A stretch of DNA of 64,000 nucleotides, taken from positions 17,671,157-17,735,156 of the forward strand of contig CM119264.1 of the NCBI GenBank assembly GCA_051294375.1, in the 5' to 3' direction. Within the stretch, counting starts at the first letter, position 1, and every line of letters begins with the position of its first letter. This DNA is from Paraspadella gotoi. Taxonomy: Eukaryota > Animalia > Chaetognatha. The translations under genes were made by a program, and so were the position numbers. The notes beneath the pieces are model-generated. The model saw only the letters and a list, made by a program, of their open reading frames with translations, searched no databases and was not told where the DNA came from. Below, one piece after another: positions 1 to 13,300 of this stretch.

Positions 1-977
1 AGAGATGGAGTTTGAGAGATACAGAGATGGAGTGAGAAGAGAGAGCTATGAGATGGAGTTTGAGAGGGGATGAAAAGGGAAGGACAGAGTGAAAAGAAAA
101 TTATTAGCTGTTATAATTACTGGTCCTATGTGCGTGACAAAAATTGACGAACCGGTAAATGATCCATACGATTGAGTTAAATTCGCCTGTTGTCTCAATA
201 GGTTAATGCCGGACAATCTTTTTTTTTTTTGCCTAATCATCTCTTCCTATTTATTACTCTCAATTATTTTTTCTTATATCGATGATGTTTGTAAATTTTG
301 ATTCTTTCTCTCTTCTCTCTCTCTCTCTTCTCTCTCGTCTCTCTCTCTCTCTCTCCGTCGTCCTCTCCTCTCTTCCCCTCTCTCCTCTCATCTTCCTCCC
401 TCTCTCCTCTCTTTGCTCCTCTCTCCTCTCTCGTCTCTGCGAATCCTATCCACCCCCCTATTCTCACTATCTGCTACTACTTCTCACCACCCCTCACCCT
501 ATTCCCGGCACCCACGCCCCCCCCACATTTTCGCCATCCATCGATCGTCCATCTCCTCCCGCTCTCACATCAACACCATGTCTCTCTCTTGCCCTCATCG
601 CCCGTCATCTTTCCAATCCCGATCTTTTTATGACTTGAAACTCGGCGGTCTCCAGGATCGCGGAACCGTGACCGCGACCCTTTCCCCCGCCATAGTGTCC
701 ATTAAGCCGAATCCATTAGTTCCCATTCCGGAGGGGAGAGGGGAGGAGAAGGAAGGGGGAGGGAGGGGAGAGGAGAAGCAGAGAGAGAGAGAGGAGAGTG
801 GGAGATGAACAAGAAGGAGGAGGGAAGAAAAGGAAGAAAAGAAAGCGCACGGAAGAGGGGAATTTGACTGGATGAAAGAAAAGAGAAAAGAGATGAGAAT
901 AGAAAAAGAGAGCGAGCAGCACCGAGTGGGAAATGGAAGCGCATAGAACTGGGGAAATTCGGCGAACGATGGTAAGA

Positions 978-982
<5 letters not shown>

Positions 983-1050
<68 letters not shown>
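983..1050. repeat. (GA)n microsatellite
   Basis: Perfect AG dinucleotide run, directly visible. Confidence 0.95.
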
Positions 1051-1055
<5 letters not shown>

Positions 1056-3216
1056 AACACGAGGATGAATTTGCAGGGTAGGAAATGAAGAGAGAGAGAG
1101 AAGGAGAGAAGATCCATTCAAGTTTTTCAGCTCTCTTTTTCTTTTGAATTTCTTCCTCGCTGAATGCGGGGGTAAATAATGGCGGGAATTACTTCTCATT
1201 TCTTTGTTGGTGCAGGGGTGATCGAGGGAAAAAGAAAAAAAAAGGAGGCAGAAAAAGTGTGGCAAAGAAAATAAAAGAAAAGAGTCGGTTCGGGTCGGAT
1301 TTTCAAAAGAGATGGGGGAGAAATGAATAAAAGGGGAGAACTCCGGAGGCATTCAATGACAGAGACAGAGCGGAATGAGGAGGAGGGGCGGCGGCAATTC
1401 CGTGGAATCGTCCGTGGATTCTTTCTTTCTTTTTTCCCTTCGTATTTTGCGGCAGAAGAAAGAAAAGAAAGAAAAATGAAAAAAAAAGGAGGTGAGGGGG
1501 AAAAAAAAAAAAAGAAAGAAGTTATTTAAGCTTTGGTCTGGGAAAACGATCTCTTTTCTTATTTCTTCTCTTTAGTTTTAATAGAGCGAAAGAAAAAAAT
1601 AAGGGAGGAAATCAGTATAAACGAGAGAGGAGGAAGAGGAGGAAAAGGAAACGGAGGAAAGGAAATGCGAGATCCGCGCCGAGGCGGTTTAATTTTAATT
1701 TCATTTTAGGTTTGGCTTCGTAATATTTATAAATGATTAAATGTTAAAATACTAAAATTTGTATTGACCCATATCCCTTTGATCCTAAAATTCCTTAACA
1801 TTAATATAGACTTTACTCACTAAAGAAGTAATCGCAACATTATACTTAATAATAGTCCTGACCAAAAGTTAGTAATATACAGACATCGAGTTTCATAAAA
1901 ACGTTTTGCACACTTAAATCAGACATATAAATAATAATTTCGTAATAAAAATATTTAGTTAATGCATCGAACATGAGAGATCCCGAGATTCGAAACGACA
2001 TTTCGTATCTTTTAATGTTAAAGACCGGTCAAGCCGGTCAAAAAGAACAAAAGATACTCAGCGAACCCTGGCGGATATCGCGAATTTTTTCATAAAAAAA
2101 AGAGCATCTTTTGCTGAAGAAATCTGACGATGAGTTTAGTTTATTAAATAACATGTGTATTATTAATAATATTTATTTCATAATGCTTAATAAATTTTAT
2201 GATTTTTAGAAAAAAGCTGCATAATTGTGATTTTTTTAATAGTTTTTTCTGTTTTTTTTATAGGAAAACGTTTTAGAAATGTTTGATGTTGAAATTAGTC
2301 TGAACATAATATTAAAAAAGAAATTAATAAAAAAATTTTATATAGTCAAATTAATATTTAATAAAAGATTAAATTTTTTTAACAATGATAATGTTTATAC
2401 AAAACAATAAATGCTTTAAAATCGGCATATGATTTGAATTACAATTTTATCCCCATTCTTCTAATATTATATTTATATTGGTTGTACCAATTCATTATAA
2501 AAGCCATTTTTCCTAAGTTAAGTTAAAAGTTCTCTGATCTTTACAATGAAAGTAGTTTTTTGATATGATCAGAATATTCGTGTAATTCTTCCAGTTCCGT
2601 TGTTATTGGTATTTGACGAAATTTAAGATTTGTACTATAATTTGATATAAACAGGCATGTTTCGACCTCTTGTTCGGAGTCTTCATTCACACATCAAGTG
2701 TTTTTTTGTTGGGGGGGGGAAATCCAAACTTTTGTTTTTGCCAAAGATCAGAATAATTAAACCAAATTAATAGAGACAGTTATTTATAATATCAAAAAAT
2801 GAGATCCCGATTCATGTTGCCGACACCAAAAGATCCAATCAGTCCATGTCTAATGTATTTGCTAAATTCAAATTTAGTAATAATTTTCGTATTTATTTTT
2901 ATCATTCATAAGCATAATAGTACTTAAATCATTGATTCTATTTAGTGTTCGCCGGTCATGACTTGACACCGACCGTGGGCCGTCAGAAAGGGAAAAAGGA
3001 CCCGACGACGGGAGAGACGTCCTAGCCTTAGGATGAAGAGAAAGTTGAAGAAGATCAGGATTATTTTTTAACGTTTGAAGTCGCGAGCGAGAGAAAATTG
3101 TCCTTCTCGAAATACCCCGGACGTTAAACGCTACTATAAATTTTAAGTGTTTTTAATCTCACGTTTTTAAACCTTTTATCCAGTCGAAAATTAAAACTGC
3201 ATTAATTTCACCAATC

Positions 3217-3257
<41 letters not shown>

Positions 3258-5205
3258 TCGCCATTTTATATTGTTGATAAATAAACTTACCAACCCGTTC
3301 CAAAACAGTACAACGAATCGAGAAGAGGCAGAAACATATTGAATGGATCCTTTTCAACTTATCTATATTGTGATATACTGAAGAATTTATCAAATTATTG
3401 ACATTTAGCTTTTCAGTTTTTAGCTTTTAACTTTTAGAATTTTATTTAATATTCGCTTCCTAGAAAAAAATTTTTTCAAAATATTATGATTATCAGTTTT
3501 TAATGTAAAGTCTGTTATGAGCTTGGAAAAACTTGTGTTCTAAAAAAATTTAAAATTTCCTGTTTTTTGTTTTGTTTCTGAAAAAAATTTTTCTCTTTCA
3601 CATACTATTACGCAACGAAAACCGAAAGAAATAAAAACAAAAATTTCCTGTTAAGAATAGTTGACTAAAAAATTACTTTAAAAATAATATTTGGCTATAG
3701 AAAATATTCATTAATGATTTTAAACTATTTATTTTTCTTTGCAATAAATTTTTTAAAATATATTTTTTTTATTAATTATTATTATTATTAAATTAATTAA
3801 ATAATTATTATAATAATATTAATTTTATATTTTTGATAATATTAATATTAGTAATTATTATTTTATTTAATATTTTATTGGTTATTTTATCTGAGTTATC
3901 AAGTTTTTCCATATTTACAATTAAGGACGTAATAATGGTAACTTAACCGAATGAAATTATACAATTTTTAAATAATACACATTTTATTATAATTCATATG
4001 TAATAAGGAATTTAAGCAAGCAAAATAGTTAATATTTATTTTATGCAAAAATCTTTTTGAATTCACTAATTTTGGTAAGAAAAGTATTCAAGCTCTCATT
4101 TAATTGCTATTTTGTCTTATTATTATTTATTAATACTATAACTATTTATATTTATAAAAATATATATTCTAAAATAATATTAATGATTTATTATATACAA
4201 TAGTACACGTTTTAAAATTACGCGAATAAAGAGCGTCATTGTTATCTTGAACAGATTCGATCGTAAAGCTGAATTTGCATAATTTAGGAGCCAGATAAAA
4301 AATCGACACGGGATCTTCCATGTTGAGGATTTCAAATCGAATAAAAGGTGTTTTAAAATTAAAGTATAATATGTTGTGTGATCACTTGTGTGAAACGTTT
4401 TTGAAAATCTGAATCCATCTTGAATACACTACTTATAAATAAAGTTATATTCGTATTTACCATAAATTATAGCAATTTGTTTTTTATTATAAATTTATCA
4501 AAACATGAGAGTAATTTAACAATTTCTTTCCTAATAAATAAACTGATAAACTAAGAAGTTTGAAATAAATTTGACTTAAATCAGCATAGAAAAACTGGGT
4601 GGATCCTTGACGATACCCGACCCGGGACTTCGCTAACTCGGCTTAGATTTCCTGTCTAATCAACACCGATCGTTCGATATCCAACACTTCAAAGTGGTAA
4701 CAAAGAAATTCTTGTATTAACGAATTATTTTGTATTTTTTTTGCCTTAGTTTTTTTTCCCCCCCATTTCCTATTTGTCGCATTGGAACCTCTTTCCCCCC
4801 CCCCAATCTTTCTTTTATTTCTGTTTTCTTTTTTTCTCTTATCTTCTTTTTTGATCGCCCTGAGTCGTGGCGGTCGTAAGGAGGATTTTGTCGCTGGAAA
4901 ATTGTCTTTGTCGCCAGCGGACGTCCGCTCCCTCGGCGTCTTTCTTTACGCCACCTTTATTTCTAATCCTCGCTCCTTTTTTTTCATCATTACTTTACGT
5001 TAGAGTTTGATGACATTTTTAAAAAGTTTTACTATTTTAACTTACAAATACTTTTTCATTAATTTTATAATTGTCTCTTAATTTTTTAAAAGTACCTTCA
5101 CTTCCATTTGTCTTAGAATAATCGATTTAAATAACGTCTTGGCATTTTATTTTGAGTAGTAATTGAATATTTAACATTATTAAAGGTCAACCCTGTCGAC
5201 GTCGG

Positions 5206-5440
5206 NNNNNNNNNNNNNNNNNNNNNNNNNNNNNNNNNNNNNNNNNNNNNNNNNNNNNNNNNNNNNNNNNNNNNNNNNNNNNNNNNNNNNNNNNNNNNNN
5301 NNNNNNNNNNNNNNNNNNNNNNNNNNNNNNNNNNNNNNNNNNNNNNNNNNNNNNNNNNNNNNNNNNNNNNNNNNNNNNNNNNNNNNNNNNNNNNNNNNNN
5401 NNNNNNNNNNNNNNNNNNNNNNNNNNNNNNNNNNNNNNNN
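5206..5440. other. Assembly gap (N run); further gaps at 6712-6856, 10726-11030 and 42939-42963
   Basis: Runs of N. Confidence 0.99.
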
Positions 5441-5999
5441 ATCCCAATGGGCATCACAGGCAACCCGGCTGTTCCCATAGAAGACCAATTTAAAAGTAAA
5501 AATGTTTGAATATTTCTTCATTCCTCTAACAAACCCTTTTTTTTTTATTCATATCTTATAAAATCTAGTACTTTATGATGATCCCTCTTGACGCCACTTC
5601 TCTCTCATTTTCCTTTCTCTCTCTCTTTTTCTTCTCCATTCTGTCATTACTTTTTTTGTAACTCTGTCATTTCCCAGCGTCTTTTTGTCATCCATTCCAG
5701 TCCCCGCCGTCGATTCTGGGAAACGTCGTTCGTCTTTCCTTTTTTCGTTTGTCGCCTCCATAATCGCTTTTTTTGTATATAAAGGAGGAAAAGGAAAACG
5801 AAGGGGGAAGGAGGAAAGAAAATTGAAGGGGACGACGTTGTCGTTGTTGTTAATGACGATGTTATTAAAGCTGTCGTTGTTGTTGGTATGTAGTTCTATT
5901 GTATTTAATGTTGACGTCGTTGTTTTTGTATTAGTGTTTGTGTTTGTTTTTGTTCGTGACGATGTTGATGCTGACGTTAGTATTATAGCGGAAATGCAG

Positions 6000-6044
6000 G
6001 ATGATGATGATGATGATGACGATGATGACGATGATGATGATGAT
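6000..6044. repeat. (GAT/GAC)n trinucleotide microsatellite
   Basis: gatgatgatgat...gacgatgat run. Confidence 0.9.
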
Positions 6045-7085
6045 AAAGCTTCAAGGATAATTATGAAAAAAAAAGTCAAAAAGTTGATTAGAAAGGAGAG
6101 AAATTTCGCCATAAATGAAGTGGGAGGAAGCGAAAGGCGGAAGAGGATGAGTCAGAGACGACAAATTAATTTTTAATTTGAATTTATTTCTTAATAGACT
6201 TTAAAACTCTGCTTTAATGATGACTTTTCCCATTTTATTCCCTAGGTGCTCGAAGTGGAGGAAAAACTTTGAATAATAAGGATATTATAATTGAGGGATT
6301 ACTTGAAAAATTTAAAGTAGGGAATAACTCGATTTCGTTGAAAGCATCCCAGTTCTCCGAAATCCAATTTTCACTAACACAACGAAAAGAAAGAAAGAAA
6401 AAAACACAAAGAATAAATTTGGAACAGAAAGGTTTTTTTGTTTTTTTTGGTTATTATTAATGTTCCGCTTTAAAACTGATAAGTTTTTCATGCTCCGTTT
6501 CTACGGATGACTTAATGAAGCCACCTCGGGCTCTCCCTCGATCAGAATTGCCCCCCCCCTGTCCTCTCCGTCATCTTCCCATCCGCTCACTCTTTTCAAA
6601 TCCACTATCACAGACTTTGACCGACTTTGACCCCGTTGACCTGAAGCCCCTCAACCAAGGACACTCGCTTATTAAACTCAACTTCCCCAATTCAATTCCC
6701 TTTTTCTGCGANNNNNNNNNNNNNNNNNNNNNNNNNNNNNNNNNNNNNNNNNNNNNNNNNNNNNNNNNNNNNNNNNNNNNNNNNNNNNNNNNNNNNNNNN
6801 NNNNNNNNNNNNNNNNNNNNNNNNNNNNNNNNNNNNNNNNNNNNNNNNNNNNNNNNNTCCTAATAAAATTTGGGAAAGGTCTACGAATATCGAGTCCCGG
6901 GACTAGGGAACCGGATGCCGCCGGCGCTTCGGGTCGCGGCGCCACCGGCGTCGTTTTGATTGAAGCCTTGATCAAATTTCGTTGCCCTCGAATCATCGAA
7001 TCTCGATAAGTTGGTTCTTTTCCTCGGGCTTTTGGATTGACGTCTCTCGGTTGGAACTTAACGCAAAAAAATTAAGATGGCGTTT

Positions 7086-7090
<5 letters not shown>

Positions 7091-7128
<38 letters not shown>

Positions 7129-7352
7129 CTCTTCTTCTCTCTTTCCCTCCTCTTCTTTCTCTCTCTTCTCTCTTAACCTCTCTGTTCCTTTCTCTTATTC
7201 TCTATTCTCCTTCTCATCTCTCTCTCTTGTTTACTCTCTCTCTCTCTTGTCTTTCCTTCTCCTCTCTCATCTCTCTTTCTCTCTCTCTCTCTCTCCTCTT
7301 TACTCTCTCTCTCTTTTCTCTATTCCTTTCTCTCTCTCTCTCTCTCTCTCTC
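7091..7352. repeat. Degenerate (CT)n polypyrimidine tract
   Basis: About 260 bp of interrupted CT repeats. Confidence 0.9.
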
Positions 7353-10300
7353 AGACATGGCTATACTCAGAAGCCCGAAAACAGGCGCCAGCCTCCCGGA
7401 GCAGCCGCGCGGTCCCGCCGATCCGGCTCTTCTCCCTTGCCTTCGATCTTTTGCGCTCGGGCTATTCCTACTCCTCTTCCTCTTGCCTGTCTCCTTATCC
7501 TTCCCGCGTATGCCGCGCGGCTGCAACAGTCCGATCCGATCGTAGCCTGCAGCCGGCGGACTCTACTCTCTTGCAATCTCTCTCTTTACCCTGTCACGCG
7601 CGATGCGCTAGCGTTCTCTCTGCCTCCGGCACGAACTCCGATCATAGCGTTCGCGCCGGCATACTACCATATATGCAGTGGTTGCAGCGCTTCCCATTCT
7701 ATTTCAAAATAACCTGAAGGGCCTTTTTGAAAGCCTCCAATGATACGAATACTATTGCCATAGTAGGGTCATTTCAGATGTCCAAAAACATAAGAAAGAA
7801 CAAAAGAGACAAGATACCAGAAGAAACCGGCGAGAGAGAGGAGAACGAAAAAAAAGGAAGGAGATAAAAAAAATTAAAAACAATTTTATTCAAAATTTCC
7901 TTTTTACACTCGTATATTAAGACTTTTGACCGCTTCAAAATTCCTCAGACACCTAAAGCTCCGCAGTTTTCGACCCTACTACACAACCGAAGCTACTCTA
8001 TACATCTAAACAATAATGCATTTAGTATGTATGGGCTGAGAACTAGTGAAGAAGATGGATGCGATAGTGAGATGAAAGGAGAAGGGTGAGGGGTGCCCGA
8101 GAAGGGAAGGTAGAGCGTTGGATATGTATTGAGTAGTTATTGCAGTGGTATCGGTGGTTGGGTATGGGGAGACTGGGTGAGTTGCAAGCATTAAAGGAGG
8201 TAGATAATATATTTGTGAGGAAGTCAAGTAGGAATAAAATGGATGAGGCAAGTGTTACAGCTGGTGAATGATTTTTAAAAATTTTTTTATTTTTCAATTG
8301 TGCGTATAGCCCCCAATTCTAAGACCATTGACTTGTGTAAATGCGTCAAAAATTTAAAATGTTTTTGTGTAGTTTTCAAAGTCAGGATTTGAATTCTCCT
8401 AAGATTAAAATTTAAGTTGCGAAGAGTGCTAATATGCATAATTTCTCCAAAAATAATTACCCTACCACAGTTTTTTAAGTGTTTCTTTTGTCTCAGAAGC
8501 TCCCTTAGTGCCGTACTGTTTTGGAGAGGTCGCCTTAGGCTTATACCAGGAGTGTAGCAAAGTTGAAACAAAAGCCCGTGCAAAACTTGTCTGGATCCTA
8601 AGCTACTCTACAACTACTACTACTACTAACTACGATTTTTAATTAATCAAACCATTTATACTACTATTAATAATACAGTATAATTTTTTCTTGTTTGTAT
8701 TTCCTGTAATTAAGTGGGAGATATCTCTGAGTACCTTTAACCATAGAGACTAAATTGTGCTCATTTGTAACCGCGACATGTGGCATATCTGACATCAAAT
8801 TTTACTCAATTCTAAAAATGTCTTTAGTATTCATCTTCGCGGCCCAATGAGGTCTTTTAATTTGAGCATCAACTTATGATTCTTTACCTTTTAATATTTC
8901 ACCAAATTCACAATCAATTTAAAACTAGACTAATTAAAAAAAAACATAGTATCAAAATTTAGCCTATTAGTCACTCAAAAGTGGTATAGGACTTCTATAT
9001 TTTTAATTCCTAGTACTTTTTAACTTCTTAAATTAATAAAAATATTCTTTTTTAACAAATGTCAAAAAAAATTTTGTTTTTGAAAAACATTTTTTCTAAT
9101 TTAGATATATTGTTGTATTGATTCGCCTTGGATTTATTTGTTTTTTCTTGTTTGTTTTCACTGGTGATTATTTAAGAAGCCTTATTTTTTTACTCAATTC
9201 ATTATTATTTTTCGGCCTAATAGAGAAAAAAAAATTCGGTTAAAAATACTTGAATACTGCTAATCCTAAAAGAGAATGTCGTTATTAAAGTTAGTATGTG
9301 TTCTTCAAAATTAGTTTATTTAAAAAAAATTATTCAAGTTTAATATAATAAATTTGATGAGAAATTAAAGAGAGAGGGATGAAAAATAATACATTAAAGA
9401 AAAAATAAAGTAGAAAAGAGAGCGAGACCGGCAAGAGCAAGAGAGAGTAAGAGAGAGAGAGAGAATGATGATGATGATGATAGATATTACTAAAAACCGC
9501 CCGGGGATGAGAAGAAAAGCCTTGAGGGCGATCCTATTTTGCGGGCCCTCACTAGGGGTCTTATCGCCAAATAAAACTTTGTCGCGCGCCCCGGCGAGGT
9601 CTTACCGCTTACTTTATACTTAAAATCTATCGATTTGTAAAAAGTATCATAAGGTAATTTTTAAAAAAATACTAGGGTAATTTGAAAAAATACTAGCGTA
9701 CCTAACTTGACATAACATTAAAAAAAAAGCGAGCCCCTGGCGGGGCTTACCCCCAAACTAATATCCATTCTATTCAGAGTATTTGTCCATAATTTCTTGC
9801 CTTTTCTACTCTTTTAGTTTTACTACATCTACAATGAGCAACGTTTATTGAATTAATCGTACGAACATGGATAGAAAAGTGTGTCATCAGTTTAAAACGA
9901 AATTTAAATACAGAAGCTAAAGATATTAAAATTATTTAACCATATTGGTTAAATTAGGTTTTATGAACTCGCAACCACGGTCAATAACTTTATCAAAAAG
10001 GTTTCTTGGGGACACGAAACAAGAATATTATTCTAAGGAGAAGAATATACGAGATATAAACTGTCGATCAATTTTTAATTTATTAGTCTTACAAGAACGG
10101 CTTTTTGCTCCCCCAAGAATTGGAGAATGATGTTGGCCGCCAGTCTTTTTAGATGATCTTTAGACTGGTCGTGTCGATGGTGCCGGATATCATATTGGCA
10201 TTGAAAAGAGACAGGCTCCTGGTATGGAGTTTTGTTTTAACTTCCGATGGGGATCCCGTTTATACAGCTTTAGCACCTGTCTTTGTAAGAAGGAGAGAGA

Positions 10301-13300
10301 TGGGATGAGAAGGAGAGAGAGAGAGAGAGAGAGAGAGATGAGGAAAGAGAGAGATTATCGGCCCCGATCCGCTCGGACTTCGACCGGAAGAAGCCCGGAG
10401 AGAAAGAAAATTCCCGATCCGAGCGGAAGAAGCCCGGAAGGAGAAGTGAGTCGATCGGCAGCCGCGCGCCGCCGCTCCGGTCTACGGCTGCGTTCGGGAG
10501 AGCTGAGTATATGACTCCTCTCTTCTCTCTCTCTCTCTCTCTCTCCTCTCTCCTCTCTCTCCTTCACTCGTCTCTCTCGGCGCATATTTTGAATAATGAA
10601 AAAAAAAAGGAATCCAGTGACCTTTTCGTGGTGAGTTTGGAAAAACATGGATGCGGATTATGACGGCCGTAGAAAAATCTCGAGCGAATTCGCCGATGCT
10701 CTTTTATTTTTTTAATACTTTTTTTNNNNNNNNNNNNNNNNNNNNNNNNNNNNNNNNNNNNNNNNNNNNNNNNNNNNNNNNNNNNNNNNNNNNNNNNNNN
10801 NNNNNNNNNNNNNNNNNNNNNNNNNNNNNNNNNNNNNNNNNNNNNNNNNNNNNNNNNNNNNNNNNNNNNNNNNNNNNNNNNNNNNNNNNNNNNNNNNNNN
10901 NNNNNNNNNNNNNNNNNNNNNNNNNNNNNNNNNNNNNNNNNNNNNNNNNNNNNNNNNNNNNNNNNNNNNNNNNNNNNNNNNNNNNNNNNNNNNNNNNNNN
11001 NNNNNNNNNNNNNNNNNNNNNNNNNNNNNNGATGGACGGATGGACGGATGGACGAATTGACGAATTGGATTAGTTCTATATTTGTCGTTCAATATAAGTA
11101 CAGGTAGAACAAATATTTTTGATTTCATTTATTTCTATACAGATGAAACATTTTGTTATAAAAAATAAGCTTGATTTAATTTTTTCTTAATTATTAATAT
11201 TTTTTGTATCCCTTTTTTTTTTTGTCAACTTTTTTCATGTTTGTTCGTTACTCTTTTCATTTTCTTTTCTCACGGCCCATTAGATCTTTTTCTTTTCATC
11301 CTTTTTTTTTTGTTTCTTCTCTTTTCCCATTTTTTTCTTTCCGGTTTTCGCAGGTTTTTTCTTTCTTTTTTCATTAAGGGCGTTACCTTCTGTCGCCGTC
11401 GCCGACGCCGCCGCCTCCGCTCGTCTCGAGGCTGACGTTTGCAAATTAGTTTCGTTATCGGTACAAGAGGAGAGAAAGAAAAAAAAAAGGAGTCCGTGTC
11501 TTTGACATCAGTCAATAATGTAGTCTCCTTGCAATCTTTGTGCAGATTTTTTTTTTTTTGCGCTGACTTTGCATCGTCTTCTTTGCGCGATTTTTTTTTC
11601 TTTCGTTGTCGGACTCTCTCGAACTCTCGATAAATCACCGAAGGAAGAGATTTATTTGATCTCGAATCTCCGGTCCAATCTTCCAATTGTCCATCTCAAC
11701 CGGGTTTTTTTGTGTGTGTGTGGGGGGGGTGAATTGGGGGATGGCGTTGAGGCATCACGATGATGGCTTTCTCAGTTCCAAGTCTTCGCTTCATGTTCTC
11801 CATCTTTATGCGAAACTCTTTGGGCCCATCCCCCCCTCCCCCTCTCATTTTCTTCCCCGCATGACGCTGGTCATTTTAGCTCTCTCGCACTCTTCTCGAA
11901 TAGAGTTGGCCTAAACGCATTGGGGTCCATAGAGGCGCAATAACTGTACTCAACTGCTCATCCCTTTCTCAACCCCTCGGCGCTAATTTCTGGTTCACTT
12001 ATCATCTCCCAGCGCTCAAGATTCCTCCCTGTTATTTTTTTCTTCACCCCCCAAGCGCGCAATTACCTAAAACCCCTACCATCCCTTATTCTATCTTCCC
12101 CACCCCCAGCGCCAATTGCGGCTTCGTTTCCCACCCACGACTCCGCGACGCCTTCGTCCAGCTTCCGGTTATTAGCTGCTCTCCTCCGCCTTCGATCTTA
12201 AATCTCGGAGGAGAGTGAAAGCCTCACCCGGCCCCAAGAGGCCTCAACAGGCCTCGTGCAAGGCGTCTAAGGTCCCCACGCAAGTCTCGACAGGCCTCGC
12301 TTGTCCTCACTAGGCCTGGCCCGTCGAGATCTTCGCCCCAACCTCCGCCGATGGCGTCTCTTCCGTCTCATCTCTTTGCATCGCCTTTTTTTTCCTTTCC
12401 AATATTTTTAGCTTTAAGCCACCGATTCAGCCTTCGATAATGTCACCCTAAGCCGATCGGGAAAAAAAGTTAATCTTAGCCACGGCCTCACCCAATACCC
12501 ATCCCTGTAATCACTTTTAATCACTCGACTTGCCTTAGTTTTTAAAAGAAACTTGTCACGCAACAGTTAAACTGCCAGAATATTTATAAACTATATAATC
12601 ATAATGTTCTTTTAAATCTAACTTACTCTTTTCGAGCGTTAATCCCGACCGTTATCACTAGTTCCATGTTTTGTAAAGAATATAAATATTAATTATGTAT
12701 TTACTCCCTGACCATCACTTACAATCACCAACCATCTTTTCCTCGCTGGACCTCACCCACTTTTTCCCTCTTCTCTCGTCTTTTCATCGGAAAATGATAT
12801 TCTTTCGTATCCATTCTATTCGCGGGCGAGACAGGGGCTTTGGATGAAGTATGTCGGGTAGAGGGACGGACTTTTTCCTCCTTGGCCGAAATTAGTGAAA
12901 ACATTAAGAATTTTATGAGTTCTTTTGGGAAGTAAAAAATAAAGTCTTTGTATTGATTTGTTTGGCCCGAGTAGGTTGGGTGACAGTGAAATCTGAGCGA
13001 CTATGATTAATTGAAATCCTCGGTATACAATGGAGATAAAGAGAAATTATTGGTGGCGGAAATCAAAAGATTTAATATTGGTCTTGAATCCTTTAAATTA
13101 TAGGCGTTGTTAGCGAAAAGCATTTTTTTAAAGAATTATTTAACCATTGATTATTGATGATTATATACTTTCATTTATTTTCTCATATCCCTGGGTCGTT
13201 TTGTCTTTTGTCTCTGCCCTCTTCATTTCTTTCAGGATCGGCAATCATGCTTTCCCCCTCGTCCCCTCCTCTTCCCCTCCTCTTCCTTTCTCTCTTTCCC

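Noticed and set aside
264-1530. Many 60-216 aa ORFs rich in S/L/R/E
   Set aside because: Products of CT/GA microsatellites that lack stop codons; no domain signal.
8165-8265. Minus-strand SCNTC...YIIYLL*C resembling the Penelope GIY-YIG upstream motif
   Set aside because: Too short, contains stops, has wrong spacing and no YIG half; not supportable without a search.
5113-11128. ORFs containing long X runs
   Set aside because: They span N gaps and are artefacts.
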